Of a stretch of DNA of 64,000 nucleotides, positions 25,415 through 39,910 are shown piece after piece. The DNA comes from Glycera tridactyla (taxonomy: Eukaryota). Each line of letters begins with the position of its first letter. Position 1 is the first letter of the stretch. The translations under genes and the position numbers were made by a program. A model generated the notes under the pieces. The model was not told where the DNA came from, searched no databases, and saw nothing but the letters and a program-made list of their open reading frames with translations. Where the stretch lies: contig OZ286459.1 in the NCBI GenBank assembly GCA_965644265.1, forward strand, positions 145,142,001 to 145,206,000, written 5' to 3'.

Positions 25415-28400
25415 TTGTCAAGTTCTCACATGCAGATCAACCCCCGAAGCTCATATTCAGCGGGCCATATTTTGACAAGATAAGAAATGCAGTGAAACCT
25501 GTGACAAAGAACATTTTAAATTTCACCAAAAAGTTGTCTCTCAAAAGAGGTGGTCTCTCATCAGAAGTATATTTGAATATGCTGAAATTGGACAGTCATC
25601 CCAAGAAGGTGTAGAGGAACATATTTGCTTCAGTACAAATGACAGACTGGGAGCTGGGTGTGGATGGCAAATGGTGCGGAAACCTCACCTTTTTGTCTCC
25701 GAACTGAAAGGTCTTAGTGTCATGCAATGTGATTGGTTAGTCAAGAAATGATCAGTCAATCACAGCACTTGACGCTCTCATCGACTTTCGAACCATGATG
25801 AGAAAACTAGGCATGTATGCCGAAAAAAGGATGCCTGGTAACACATAAGAAACCAGCCTTTTGTTGGAGCATTCAAGAAAGCATGTATTCTCAACCTATT
25901 GATGTAACCCTCAAACATGAATGTCTTTGTCGATAACTTTACTGTGATACTGTTCTCAGATTTTCGCCCATCCTGAAACTATGATACAAACCTAGTAATA
26001 TCACGCTTTCTCTCTACCCAACATACAATAACCAGATCTCGAAATATCGCTGAGAGCTAATAGATACACCATATGTTATTTATTTGAGCATACTGAACCC
26101 AGGTAACAGTGTTAGAGTAGGCCTTTAGGCCTAATTATGATTTATTTGATGTTTTGTACCTCTTCAACTGTTTTCGCCTGGTAAAATAAAGTTTTTGTCT
26201 ATTCTCTATTGTCTATCTCCTCTCCTGGTGATTGTGAGAGAAATCAATTCAAATTTTCACATTCATCCAGTCCACCAGCTGCTCCCTGTGTTGAATGTCC
26301 AGGATGGGGATATCTTACTCTCCAAACCCAATCAATAAACCTGTGAATTTCACTCATGAATCACCAAATCATACAATCAAATGCTTTGATGCCTCCCTAG
26401 ATTGAGATGCTTCAATGTATACCCATAATGCGCTATGAAACATCAGTTTAAAATGAACAGAAAAAGGTAGAGAGTATTCATATCATTAGCAGTGTCAAAC
26501 TGATGGTGAGCCAAGATCGATGATGAGCTGGCAAGAAACTTCTAAAAGTAGGAGCCATTTTCATGGAAGATAGACTCATGAAGAGCTTTACCAGTAATCT
26601 ATGCAAAGCAGACAGGCTTTCACAACAACAAAACGAGATTCCATGGAAATCGGAGCAGATTATCAATTTCAACTAGCTACCCCAAAAAACTGTTAAAATA
26701 TGTTCCATTTTTTGTCATCTAAACTGCAGTCCCAAACGAGAGGGGTAAGAAGAAGGATGCCCGCCTGGCACAGACACTGTATTTCAGAATGTTTCTTGCA
26801 AGCATTTTAGGGAAGATCGCTGGATTAGAGTTTTTCAGCAGACTCTACCTGCATGAATAGCTTGCTGAACGTTGACATTCAGCCATGTCAAAATGTTATG
26901 GTCATCTCAATGGTGGAAAAAGGCTTATATCGAATGTTACCCATCTTGAATTTTTTTGCGTGAGACAGAAATTCTGTTGACATCTTCAACATTTTTCATG
27001 CAGCAAGGATCTTGAGGGGAATGAGTTGGATCATGTCATAATGCGACAAATATGACTGAACATTGACAGGCAGACAGACTGATCATGTTTAATTAGGATC
27101 AGCTTTCTTCCCTATCAGCTCTTAGCTTGTGAGAAAATCATTGCTATCCGGCTTGTGTGTCAGCTTCCATCCAGTCACGTACGTGTATATGCTATCAAAA
27201 GGATCATTCAGGTCAATTTGTGGCATATGAAGATGTGTCTCAACTGTCAGCTACTTCTATCGACAACATTTCTGCTGCCCCTCATCTTGTGTTCAGGGAT
27301 TATGAGAGTGATGCTAGCACTTTTTCACCTGGGTGAGAAAATTAAGCTTATGGCTGAGAGCTTCCAAGCAAGAAATGTTGATACAGGAGCATTTAATCTC
27401 ATTATCCTGAATATTCAGTATCAATTCGGTAAGCATCTAGAGACAAAGTTTGTGATTATTTGTGAAAGGTCATAAAATAATAGGTGCGGGGTAGGTATTT
27501 CACACTGTGTGGTATCCGGCCAGCATGTTATCCTGCCAGAGTCCCCAGCACAACCGCTGATTGCCAATCATGGTTGATATTTATCTCAACACAAAAAAAG
27601 CTGAAAGTATCATGGTAGAACAATCAAATGACTTCCTGCCAACTGGCAAGATCATCACGGCAGTAATGGACTTCATCACTCTTTCACTCACTTCTCACCA
27701 ACTGGCATCAGTGTCTGTGCTATACTTAACCAGCCTACATCATTGTGCCTCGATCAGGGCCCTACCAATTTGTGGATGTTTGCCTCATGCTCCAGTATCA
27801 GCGGTGGACCAAAGCTTGCTGTTTGATCTTTAGTTCACCATCAGCAGTGAATCAACAGTGGCTAATAGGGTTTTGCTCCACAATAACATGATAACAGTTA
27901 TGTTAGATCTGTAATAACTGTTAGAGGTAAGGAATTTTTCAAAGGGCACTCACTGAACATATCATCGGCACATCATCCTTTTTCTGCTGAATCTGTTGAT
28001 CATGATGGAAGAATTGCTTCATTGTCAACATAGGTTCTAGCGATAAATAGTACATGCACTTGTGAGTTACTATTTTATCGATTGTTATCTTCATTTTTCA
28101 TTTTGTCATTACTCCATTATATTAGTTGTACTGAACACATTGTATGTATTGTATATATTTTCACTTGAATTACACTGGCTGTTGGTGAAAATTGTGATGT
28201 ATTAATGTAAGGCATAAATAGATTAGATGGAAAGTGCTCCTTATTCTATATGTTTCATCTAAGTCAGTACAGTATTTCTGACACCTTCATAAAGCCTTCC
28301 ATCCAGAATATACTGGACTACCATGCCCCACTACCAATGGTATACCAATTAGGGATAAACCAAAAGTTGATCTTTGATCTCAGTCCCTCAATCAGCCATG

Positions 28401-29354
28401 AAACAAGGGATGACGTTTACCATTATTTCACAATCAGCAATTAAGCAAAAACATTCATTTGACCTCTGTTCCACATCAGCAATGAACCCAAAGTTGAGCT
28501 TTGATGTCTGTGTCACAATCAGCAATGAAGCAAAAGCTGCTGAGAATCAAAACCGGCTGATATGCCCCTGCTGCAGTGGCAGACTGGGTGCCTGATGCAT
28601 ATTCGAATGACTACCAAAATGTTCCATGTGTTGGCAAATAAATGTGAGCAGGATCATGCGCTATTGAAACGATTTCCATATTGCTACACCTCCCTCGGCA
28701 ATGAGTTGTTTTCAGCAGTAGGAAATTATGCTGACCCCTACAAGGGAACAGAGGTGGAGGCAATTCTATGTCCATCCAACTGACACTAGGGGATGAAGTT
28801 AAATTCTGGTGGGTAAGTTTTTCCACCCTAGCCTCGCGAATCTGAATTGGATTGAAAAGAAATATGCTGACGAAAAATCAGAGGAAAAATAGCAAATTTA
28901 TCACGTGAAACGTACCTCCAATATTTGGATTTGACAGAGTTAAGACCCAGTCTTTCTATGATCGCATGCTCAGTCTTCATTCATCAGCTTCCCTTCTCAG
29001 TGGAGAAAATAAATCATGCTGCCATGTTCGTGCTCATTACAGTTCAGGTATCTCCTGATAAGATAACAGCAACACCTCATGATGACTGGATAAAGTCATC
29101 AGGAAAAGCAGCGGCAGCAGTAGCAGGCAAGACACGATAGGATAAGATAAGATGAGATAAGATGATTTTTATGGCATAAGATACAAAAACAATCACAATG
29201 TGACTGGGAGGGCGGAAAGTCATATAAATTGCTTATTCAAATTGACTTAATGTGATGTGGTTAATTCTACACAGCAGTAGATGCATGAGTATTATTGGAC
29301 ACAAGACAAGATATGGTGCTTGTGTATAATGATGTTCACCAAGGTGCTTGTTTC

Positions 29355-29880
29355 TGTGTGTGTTTATTTGAGGTTTAATGGCATGTATCACCCTAGAAGA
29401 TTATGTATGCCATGCGTTCCTGGTCAATAAAAGCTGAATATTCTCTCCCCTGTAGATATCACTCTCGCAAACACTGGACACAAGATGATGCGAAACCTGA
29501 AAGGTTGTCAAGTGGAAGTAGCTGACAGTTCAGGCACACCTCTAAGTACACAAGATAAACATAATGAACCCAACTATGGCATATCTGACTATGTAACTGA
29601 CAGGTAGCTGACCCTCAAGCCTGATAGCTATGCTTTTCTCTTGATTTCTTTTTTGCCAAGTGCACAAGGCCAAAACTGGGTGAAATTCCAGAGGAGTCAC
29701 CCCTTCTGGCAGGCCATATGATATTGCGAAAGGAACCCAGGTTGCGGTTCCTGACATCCCCACGTGTGACATCGGCATCTGCCTCCAAAGCAATGCGAAG
29801 CCTGACTGGCATATCAAGTGTGTTACCATCCAACCGAACAATGTGGACCCCTCCAACAATCTTTAATGGATTTCTAATAT
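29355..29880 (-). mobile_element. SINE-like interspersed repeat (family S), longest copy
   Basis: Homologous to 5640-5935, 51566-52640 and 58385-58570; simple-repeat tail at the 29355 end; possible decayed tRNA-like head near 29830-29860. Confidence 0.6.
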
Positions 29881-30400
29881 AAAATGCTGGCAACTCAGCG
29901 GAAATTGACCCACATATTTGTGTGATGGAGTACTAAAGACATCAGATGAGTACTGAGACACAAAGCTTCAAAATGTCATTTGAAGGACTAATTTTTCAAG
30001 ATGGTAGCACCTGTGCATCCAGAATACACAGGGGAAATACTATTGGACAGATGGCCCTATTCATCCAGCAGAGGTAACCAGTGGGAGTTCAAGGATGAAT
30101 CTGTCTGCGACAACGACATGTGGTCAAATTCTAGATGACATCCACATTGGTGGGTGCATCCCCAGACTCCTAGATTGGCTACACCAGACTCAATGTGCCC
30201 AGATTAATCACACCAGGGGCAGCAGCGCCACCACTGCCACCATATGACACTACAACTCCATCCAGACATCTCCCATTCACAGTCCCACCATCCTCACAGC
30301 ATAAAAACCAGTGAGGAACCAAACACATATTCAATGATAATACTATTCCCTTATCAATAATGACTTTTGAAGGAAGCAGATGCAGCGAAATTGCAGTTTC

Positions 30401-30576
30401 CAGTGGAATCTGCGACAAGAGACCACCTGCTTAAACCCCATCCCTGCTGCGTGACCGCAGTCTCGGGGCAACTTTTCTATTTTACCTACTCAAATATACC
30501 TCTAGATGGGAGACCATCTCTTTTGAGACCACATTTTGGTGACATTTGGGGTGTTCTCTCATTGCAGGTTTCAATG
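30401..30576. mobile_element. Degenerate Tc1/mariner-type MITE
   Basis: CAGTGGAATCTGC ... GCAGGTTTCAATG|TA, GAGACCACC internal repeats. Confidence 0.6.
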
Positions 30577-31057
30577 TACGGGGAAACATGTGAATAGAAA
30601 CCACACTAAATGAAAATGAAAATGGTCTCAGAGAACAGATGGATTATGGTTGAATATGAGCAGCTTGTCCAAAAAGAGATCTGAAAGTCACCCATGAAAC
30701 GTACTGTATATCTCATTACCACATTGTGTGCTTAAAAAATGGTGACAAGGACAAGACAGTTAATTCTGGAGGCAGTATTGGTGATGAGCTCATTTAAGAC
30801 CTGACCCAACTGCAATTACTTTCTAGTCAACTGGCCGATAACCAAGTTTTCAACTTTCTGATGGATGAATGCAGCAAGAATTCCAGTTCTGAGAATAAAA
30901 ATAAAAGTTGCAAGCAAATGTGAAAAGAGACAAATTGACTGATTTGGAAGTTTAAATGGAATAAGATCAGCCATGTAGCAATAATTCTAATTTCAAGCTG
31001 GAAGCTGTCACCTCAGTTTTCTATAAGCGATAGGTGTGAAGTGGAGGATACAGTATA

Positions 31058-31235
31058 CAGTGAAACCTGTCTTGAGAGACCCCTCTTTTGGGAGACCACC
31101 CTCTTATGGAAGACTGCTCTCTATTGATTCTTCTCTATTTGACCTAGTCAAATATACCTCCAAGGAGAGACCACCTGTCTTAAGAGACCACTTTTCGTTG
31201 GCGTTTGGGGTGGTCTCCCAAGACAGGTTTTACCG
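31058..31235. mobile_element. Tc1/mariner-type MITE
   Basis: TA|CAGTGAAACCTGTCTTG ... CAAGACAGGTTTTACCG|TA. Confidence 0.85.
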
Positions 31236-34200
31236 TATAGCTAAAGATATGGCTGGGCTAACACAGCGATGTATCATTGAGAGACCACCTCTTCTACGTG
31301 ACCACTCAGCTTTAACCACTACCTCCTGAAAGTACTAGTTATTCATGTTGTGATGTCATGAGCAGTCTCGCAGAATGAATTCCACTGTCTTCACCCCATA
31401 ACTATTGGGCATGAATTCCCCAGCTCAAGAAAAAGAGCGTAGAGTTTTTTAGCTATCCCAGAAAGTGTGCTTGCAGACTTCATGTATGTAAAGTGATCAC
31501 CTGATTATGCAACTCTCCCTGGGATTCTGATGGGAATAACACATTATTATGATACAGAGTTGAGCCATCCCAGTATAGTGTAGTAACAGACATTATGTAT
31601 ACTGATCACCACATTGTGCTATTTCCCCCGGGGCTCCCATAATTCTCAGATCAAGTGAACACATGCCTTGTTGCCATGCTGGGCTTGTAATTACAATCTG
31701 CATCTAGGGCCAGACTCTGGTCGGTACATGATGATTGTGATACATGTATATACAGAGGTGGATAAAAGTCGGAAGGATTCAGGTTGAGCTATACTAAGGG
31801 TTATGATAGGCCAATAAAGTGAAACATCGTAAAACACTGAAATTAGTCTCCTAACATTGAAGGAAACAACTTCAAATGAAGCAACTTAATCACATTCCTT
31901 CAGACTATTTTGTAAATATGATGTTGGATCCAAATAGGAATAATATTGTCCTCATGGCCTCCCTGGGACAGTGTGTGAAAGTTTAAATCAAATCAAATTA
32001 GGATGAAACTCCCAAAATTGAAGGAATGGAACTGGTTGAGCCATTAGAATCATTTTTCAGGCAAATAGAATACCCATATTTTCGGGATTTATCATTCAAT
32101 CTATCATATTTGAGAACCGAGGAATCGATTGGTATGCATATGTGAGTGCTCAAAAGAATACATTTTATCAAAATTCGCGACGGAAGACAAGCAGTGCGTT
32201 AATTCGTGAATTGTTCGTTTACACGCGAGTAGTTTCACTGATTATCGTTCATGTGAAAATCCTGCGTACAACAAGATCCTGTCTATCGCAAAAAAAAATT
32301 GGTCCCGTGACTTTTCGCTGTAGATAGGTTTTGCTGTATGTATTAATTTTCTGAACCTAACCCAACATGCATCTGTTCTGAAACATATGGTGAGAATTCA
32401 GGCAACTTCTCATCTTCAATTTTTCACCCAATTTTCAGAATTCTTGAATTTCTAAGTGAATTCACACTGCTATATAAGATACAAACATGGTCTGCATTAC
32501 ACCCTGGACAGTGAGAACAACAGTATATCAGAGAATAAAAGTTATTCCTTAGCTGATTTCTTCTTCCTTAAGTAGGTTTTTTGTTGTTGGTCGTTTGGTT
32601 GGCTGGTTAATTGGTTGGTGTTGAACAGCCTGTCTATTCACATGTGATCATGCTTGTCCTATTTTCCCTGACTGTGAGAGCGGGATGGTAAATCCCATAC
32701 AATCACCAATCATAATCAGACTGGAAACAGATAATAGGCAGCCTGAATGGTTGTCCAGTTGATGTAGCTGACAGTTCAGACACACTTCTACTTTGAATTC
32801 AAAACATGGATTGAGGGTATCTAAAGCAGAGAACTTCAAAAAGACATCAGCCTGGCTGCTACTTTGTTGAAATTTACTTGTCGTATCTTCAATCTAACTG
32901 TCATTACACAACACATTACTGACTCATCATAGAGTGGTCCTGCCATTGCAGTGAACACACTATATATTGCCAGGCACATAAGAACAACCCTAATACGACT
33001 GAAATGGTTCACTCCAGTGAAGGAAATCCCAACTGTCTCATATAACAAGGAAAATGACTGAACATGCATACAGTTTATCATCTTGGGGAAAAATTGCATG
33101 TTTGTGTGTGTTGGGGGGGGGGGGAAGTGTGTGGTATGTGTGTGTGTGTGTGTGTTCACATGCGTGCATGCATGTGTATGTGTGTGCCCGCAGAGTCAAT
33201 AAGTTTATTGGTGGTCCATCAGCCGAATGCCAGTAAATGTTGTTGAAGACCAATGGATCCATCAAACCAGCATTATATGTGGATTTGGGAAATATTCAGG
33301 CACTTGGAAATCTGTATTCCAATTATATCTATTGGCTCACAATTCAGTGAATATTCATTGTGACTTGTATGCATCATCCACATGGAATGGGGGCTTTAGC
33401 ACTTGACATATTGATTGGACAAGTTACCCATCCTTTGTGACCTCTGATGGCTCAGCCCAGAGATTGTAGTCATTGCAAGGGTTTACTCAATGCAAAACTG
33501 CTGCCTTCACAAGCATGACTGGTTTCTATATTGATGTCACAGATTTCACCTAACATACAAAGAGAATATTGCTGAAGATATTCAAATTTTACTGGACCGT
33601 GGGAAAACTAGACTGGCTAACAAAACACTGGCTCATTGTTTACATATCAGTCACCATCGCAGCACATCTGACTTGAGCTTTCACTCATCCTGACACTTGG
33701 TATTTGTTGAACACAGCAATGATTCAATGGCAAGTTCCCAGTCCAATTGAATGAGCAATCACAATGGAATCATATTGAGAAAAGACAATGCTCATTTCCC
33801 CCAGAGGTCATTGTACTTCTCAGACCAGACTGAAATGTAACATACATTTATATCGATGATTATCTCAAAGAGCCGAGTGAATAATGGAGGCAGATAGGCT
33901 ATTGTCCATCAGTATCAAATTCTATTTGTGTATGAGGCATCAGTAAGTTGATCCAGGATAACAAGTATAAGCACAGTCAGCCACCACACAAAGGTAACCA
34001 ATCTACAATGGCAGGCTACAAGATATGATAGCAACTATAATCTATATTGTGATCCACCGCCATTCAGGGACCGAATGCCTATGAATGCGAGTCTGCTACA
34101 AAAATAAAGGTGGTATTGTTGACAGGTTTAATTGCAAAACCATCCCATTTGGATAGTCATCTTCAAAATGACCCAAACTAGACCATCATTCATCTTCAAT

Positions 34201-34267
34201 GTGATCTCAACTACACCAGATTTCTCCAAATGTTCCCATTCTTCTCCTCCTCTTTGCCATCATCATA

Positions 34268-36519
34268 CGGTACTGTCTCTAAAGGTGGTGATCGCGCCTA
34301 TGATAAAATGTCCTAATCATTCAAACAGCCACCATTACAAACCATGAGAATATAATTGCACCAACTCTTCACTAAATATGACAGAACATATTTCTCAGTC
34401 ATATGCCCGAATTTCAAGGCGATATCTCGATGGAAACTATCATTCATCAGAAGTCAAAGTGCAAAAATTACCCTAAAACTGCCTATTTTGAGGAACAATC
34501 TTCAACTTTTGTACTTGAAAAAATCATATCCTGGCATCAGAACAATACAACCCCACAAATTTAGTGTCAAATGAAAGAAAACCATCATGTCCACACATAT
34601 TCACTACCTGTGCTCCTGCAAAACCCTTCATCTGGAAAATATCAGTGATTGAAGGTGTTGTAACTACTGTAGTCTCGCGCGTGTACGCGCAGTGAGCGAA
34701 ATCGTGACATTTCGACGAAACGGGGGATGCGCGTACGTCCGAAGATGCGCGTATGGTACTTTCGTGCAAACGCGCACCTTGTCGAAACTATCTGGTTTTT
34801 GCTTTATTCTTCGCCCTACCACGTGGAACGAAGCACTTACCAACACCCGGCCGCCATTTTTCTTGATGATGTAAATATTAACTTTATTTCTCCCATGATG
34901 CCTTGCGACCGCGTACCCTAGTCCCAACAGAACCGTCTGCGATCGTATATTTGTATGGCTCAAATAGAGAATGAGGTCGGGGTTGGAGGGAACAGGGTAC
35001 GCACGATTAATATTTTTCAACATCTCCCATCATGCAATGCGTGAAGGAGACGGATACAAGATGGCGATTCGTTGACAATGATAAGTAAAAAGATCGATTT
35101 CTCGTTAATTCTTTCGGGTTTCACACATTTCAACCGTGATTTTTCGAGGGTGTGCGTATGCGCGAGGACATGCGCGTATTCCGAGATTTTGACGAAACGG
35201 GGGATGCGCGTTTGTCCGAACCTGCGCGTACACGCGCGAGACTACAGTAATTTGGGTATTGTTGTTACAACACCAGTGGCATTCCACCTGGTATTTTGGG
35301 CAAATGATATTCTGCCAACAAAATATCCTTCATCAGTAATCACCCAACTCGAATGAATTCAAAAAATCAGGCAAAAATTCCGTTTATATTCCGATTGAGA
35401 TGATTTCAAACATAATGTCCTATTTTTTTTGGTTACAACACCAAAATTTGACCCCCTGTCCAATCCATGGAACCAAATTCATGTAACATACATGTCTTAC
35501 ACCTTCTTTATCTTTTCAATGCCATATATGTGTTAAAAGCAAAAGAGAATCAGAGCACTGATAAACAAAAGATTTTATCATACTATATCAATAAGGTGTC
35601 CAAATATGTCCTGTGTTACAACACCGGTTGTAACCTGGACTGTCCTGCTTACAAAACAGACTTTAACCCCTTCTCTGTGTTGAAACAGGCATTTCTCAAC
35701 AATCTGACCTCATGATTGATTAAATGATATCTTAGGGATGATATAGACAGATTTCTGGTGTAACCTGCAATGAAATGTGGCAGATATGGCACTGTCCAGT
35801 TACAACACCATACTACTTAATTTCTATAATGATTTCATGTGGGTTTTTCTGATCTCTTTGCCTGGATTGATCACAGAAGTGATATATCATTGATGATATT
35901 ATCCAGAGAGAAGAGAAAAGGAAGAAATATGGAGGAACCATGAGAGGGACTCTACAACAAAGCAAGATGTGAAAATAATAAATTTGTTGTAACTAGGACG
36001 TGATCTTGCAGTGGGATTCACCAGTTTCCATTAGTAACTGGATGGTAAGTCAGTACTTCAAAATTAGCAGTACTTCCATACACATTCTGATATAGCATTA
36101 TGATTGCCTCAGTAGCTTTTTTCTATTTTTTATACCCAATCAAAGCTATTTTGTCCTGTTACAACACCAGATTTCTTTAATTGCATGCATTCAGGCAGAA
36201 AATCTCTTAACAGAGCTGGTTCTATCATAAGGTCGACGTATGACACCAAGTTACAATGTATCCAATTAGTGACCAGCTCAATGCATAATTGAAGCTTGCA
36301 CAACTGTTTTTTCCCGAACTGGCAAAAAGTGTTACAACACCGAACTTTTAATAATTGCTTGTACATGTTGAAGGGACACAGGGATTCAGCGTTCCCATGA
36401 CCAAAACCTGATGTCCCACGCTAAGGGTACCAACACCTGATGGAAGTTTATTGAAAAAAATGAAGTTTAAAATTTGGCCCTCTGAGAGCATTTGATCACC
36501 ACCTTTAGAGACAGTACCA
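34268..36519. mobile_element. 2.25-kb TA-flanked TIR DNA transposon derivative
   Basis: Perfect 25-bp inverted repeat GGTACTGTCTCTAAAGGTGGTGATC (34269-34293) / GATCACCACCTTTAGAGACAGTACC (36494-36518), TA on both sides; 7 exact internal GTTACAACACC motifs. Confidence 0.8.
34667..35247. mobile_element. CpG-rich MITE nested in the 34268-36519 element
   Basis: Perfect inverted repeat (TA)CTGTAGTCTCGCGCGTGTACGCGCAG / CTGCGCGTACACGCGCGAGACTACAG(TA); internal direct repeat GACGAAACGGGGGATGCGCGT. Confidence 0.9.
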
Positions 36520-37222
36520 TATACCCTTCGCTATGAGCGCCCTGAGCTGCATTTAGGATATTTCAAATTTTTGAGATTGATTGAGCACTGTTCAATGTCC
36601 TCTCGACACCACATGGGTCATTTTGGACTGCAATTTGGGCTGACCTACTTCATTTTCTTAAGCAAATCCTTATTGATGTGTGCGCATGCTTCTTTTCCCT
36701 GCACTACTTAATCAGACAATATTGTGCTAATGGTGTAGCCATGCCTGTGGTTGTTTCGTAGTGATCAGACTATCATCCAGTGCAATGTAGCCACCGGTAC
36801 AAGAGGTTGTGTATTCTGGGTGTAGCAACCAAACTTGGAAAGTAATATGTCGGATGAAATATGAGGAATGCCAATTGGCATCTCCGACTCTTTTAGGGCC
36901 AGCTTGGGTCTCATATCCATAGAGCATACTTGTCTGACATAACCAGCACTTCTGTGCACACCATCATATCGCACACTACGAGCCCATAACTGACATCCAA
37001 CCCAGGTTCATTTCACCAGCTCCATGGCACACATGATGCTGATCTGAATGTGTCAGCGATTAAGATCACATGTGCCACTTCAGAAGACTGCATGGCTTCA
37101 TAAAGCCAAGCCGGGAGATGTCTTGTGTCCATAACTGTCAAACATAAAAACCAACCAGCAAACTCTGATGATAGGTGAATTGTCATCTATCATAGTTGCC
37201 ATAAAAATAAAAGATGTATATG

Positions 37223-37360
37223 NNNNNNNNNNNNNNNNNNNNNNNNNNNNNNNNNNNNNNNNNNNNNNNNNNNNNNNNNNNNNNNNNNNNNNNNNNNNNN
37301 NNNNNNNNNNNNNNNNNNNNNNNNNNNNNNNNNNNNNNNNNNNNNNNNNNNNNNNNNNNN
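37223..37360. other. Assembly gap (138 N)
   Basis: Run of N. Confidence 1.
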
Positions 37361-37708
37361 AAACTTTTTCAGCCACTCTCCCATCGGGAGAGCAGATTGG
37401 GAGAATCATTCACCCGAAAATGAATTCACTCTCCGGAATTTGTACAAGTCCCACTAATATATATTTTTCTGAGGTTAGTTCTTCAGAATCATACATGTGC
37501 AGGCAAACTCAAAGCCTACTCACAGGGACTAGGGATTATTGTAGGTGTAATCAAAATTGTGGTGTTCTGTCTTCACAGAAAATCCATCACTCTCACATCA
37601 ACTGAAAAATTTCCACTCTCCCATCAGGAGAGTGAGTTGGAAGTTTCACTCACCCAAAATCACATTCACTCTCCCCAGGATTCGGGAGAGTGCTAAATTC
37701 AAAGACTG
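37361..37708 (+). mobile_element. hAT-like CAGTCTTC-family MITE (left end lost in gap)
   Basis: AAACTTTTTCAGCCACTCTCCCATCGGGAGA ... GCTAAATTCAAAGACTG, homologous to 24947-25414. Confidence 0.85.
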
Positions 37709-38903
37709 TACACCAGTGACATCATGCACAGGCAAAAGGTGCAATGTGTCGAATGTCAAACAGGGATAACTCCAATGACCATCTCCTCGCCCACCTACAC
37801 ACCAACCGGTGACTTATCAACACAACCATCCCTGCCTATCTGCTGACCCGACCACTCTAACCAGCCACCCATCCACCCACCCACCCACCTACCCACTTAC
37901 TCACTCATTCACAGCCAGCCACTTGACACAGTCATCTATCCTTCGACCCATCCAAACACCCTGGCTCCACTCAATGTTGGCTATATTCCAATAGTATTGA
38001 ATAATATTCCAATATCAAGTATTGAATAATACTGGCTGGGTAACAGTTGAGGGAAGTTCCAGGCAATTTTTGCTCAAGGAATTCATATCATCTAAATCAA
38101 TCAAATCTAATCAAGACTTGCTGGAATAAAATCTCTCATCATTTTCAGTGACTGTAAAATTGGAAGTCAACTCATTGATAAATGTCCTTGACCCTTTGCA
38201 GCATGAATTCTGTGACATGCCCATGAATCAATAAGTATCACTCACATTACTGATCAGAAACCCACCAGAAAATTCACCCAAGCAGAATGAAGGATGCTGA
38301 AGACAATCATCCATCATCATTTTCATCAGTCAGGAAATAATCTCTGATAAGAGTCCTACATTATTGAAAGCAATATGTAATCTATAAAATGCTCACACAA
38401 TTATCAGTGATGTGCAGAATAGATCTGATTTGATTTGTTGTGCTATAGCGGCTTGTCTGGACCCATGGGATTACCTATGCCAAGTGTTCCAGATCACTGC
38501 CAGATGAATGTCATGGCCCCTGCCAGCATCACTCTCACGGAATCTGGCAGCTGCATCCAATCAGTTCGACCACCTCCCAGGCTATGAGAAGGATGCTGCA
38601 ATACATGGACATCACCATCTTTGAGATGGAGACATTTCGATGTATAATTAATTACCTGGTATCACTAACAGAAATTTGAATGGCAGCAACAGTTATCAAA
38701 TAGTACAGACTTCTTATAGCAAATATGGTGCTGTCAAATTTGTCCTAAGCAGTCCCAATCTGCCTCGCATGCATTGAATGCATATGATGCTGCATGTAAG
38801 AAAATGTGATTTCCGATCATTTGCACTGTAGAAATATAACCGAGGATGTGTATTTCTATATTCTTGAGACTATGATGTTCAAAAGTGTTCAGGTATCTGC
38901 CTA

Positions 38904-39910
38904 CCGTATATACTCGCATATAAGCCCATTTTTTTACACACAAAAATTGGGGCAAAAGAAGGGAGGGGGCTTATACGCGAGTATAAATTTCGCCAGAGCC
39001 AAATATCAACGTAAACAAATAGCCGTGAGCAGGCAGGGGGCTTTGCTAGTGGCTGCCGCCATCTTGGATGTCGAAAGATACCAACAAAAACATGTGCAAA
39101 TGTCATCAAATCTAACAAGGTTCCCAGCCGAAAAAAAGTTTATCGATACTATACATTTGTCAGCAATATTGTTTTATTTATCATGCCATGAGATTTCAGT
39201 CGATTTGTCGCAGGGTTCTTGAGAAATTAACATTTTTATAACATGGAATCTATTACAAGTACAGACGCCATTGCGAAACACTTGCCGGTTGTTGAAGACA
39301 GATGCTGAAAACGATCTTTTTCATCACTACTGCCAATCGCTCTCGAAACGCCAAAGATACTTGCTTGGTGTCAATTAATAGTCCCTGATGAACAAATATC
39401 GAATCTATTGCCACAAATGATGATCGTTTGGTAGAAAATCCCGACAGATTTGCCATAAACGTGATGAAAGAAATGCATGTATAACCATCCGATTATGTTC
39501 CGCCATTTTGACCAGCATCGGGTCACATGATCAATAACGAGAAAAAAAGCCACTTTGCATAATTTATCGGAGTTCTATATGACGTACTTCCAGGGTATCC
39601 CTTTCATCCGGGGATGCCAGTCTCGTCACATGATCAAACAATGGCGCTCAAATCGCTATTGGTGAAGCCAACCTTTCTTTTTCATTGCGAAATACATGCT
39701 CTTCTGGCCTTGACACGTGTTTTCAGTGGCGAAGATCGCCTCAGCATGGATTGTACCCGTGAATCATACAAGTATGAAGGTGCGAAAGAACAAACAGACA
39801 ATAGCCAGGGTAAGCCGCGAATTGGCTTCTCTACACGCTTATCTTTGATGTATCACGGCACTTGTCACCGTGTTCACTAAGCAGAAACAGGGGGAGGCTT
39901 ATATTCGAAT
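38904..39910. mobile_element. pogo/Tigger-like non-autonomous element, left end only (right boundary approximate)
   Basis: TA|CCGTATATACTCGCATATAAG...GGCTTATACGCGAGTATA, same architecture as 51796-52580; CpG-rich interior; matching right TIR not found. Confidence 0.55.

Noticed and set aside
30001-30074. Possible plus-strand exon (TTTTTCAAG acceptor, GAG|GTAACC donor)
   Set aside because: Splice signals are ordinary and the translation matches nothing I recognise
37098-37605. ORFs spanning the first N run (similar ORFs at 55850-56311)
   Set aside because: Artefacts of assembly gaps
36727-38560. Possible RTE-clade LINE remnants (MLYGYET; KFTQAE*RMLKTII)
   Set aside because: Similarity limited to a few residues on different strands; not enough to call
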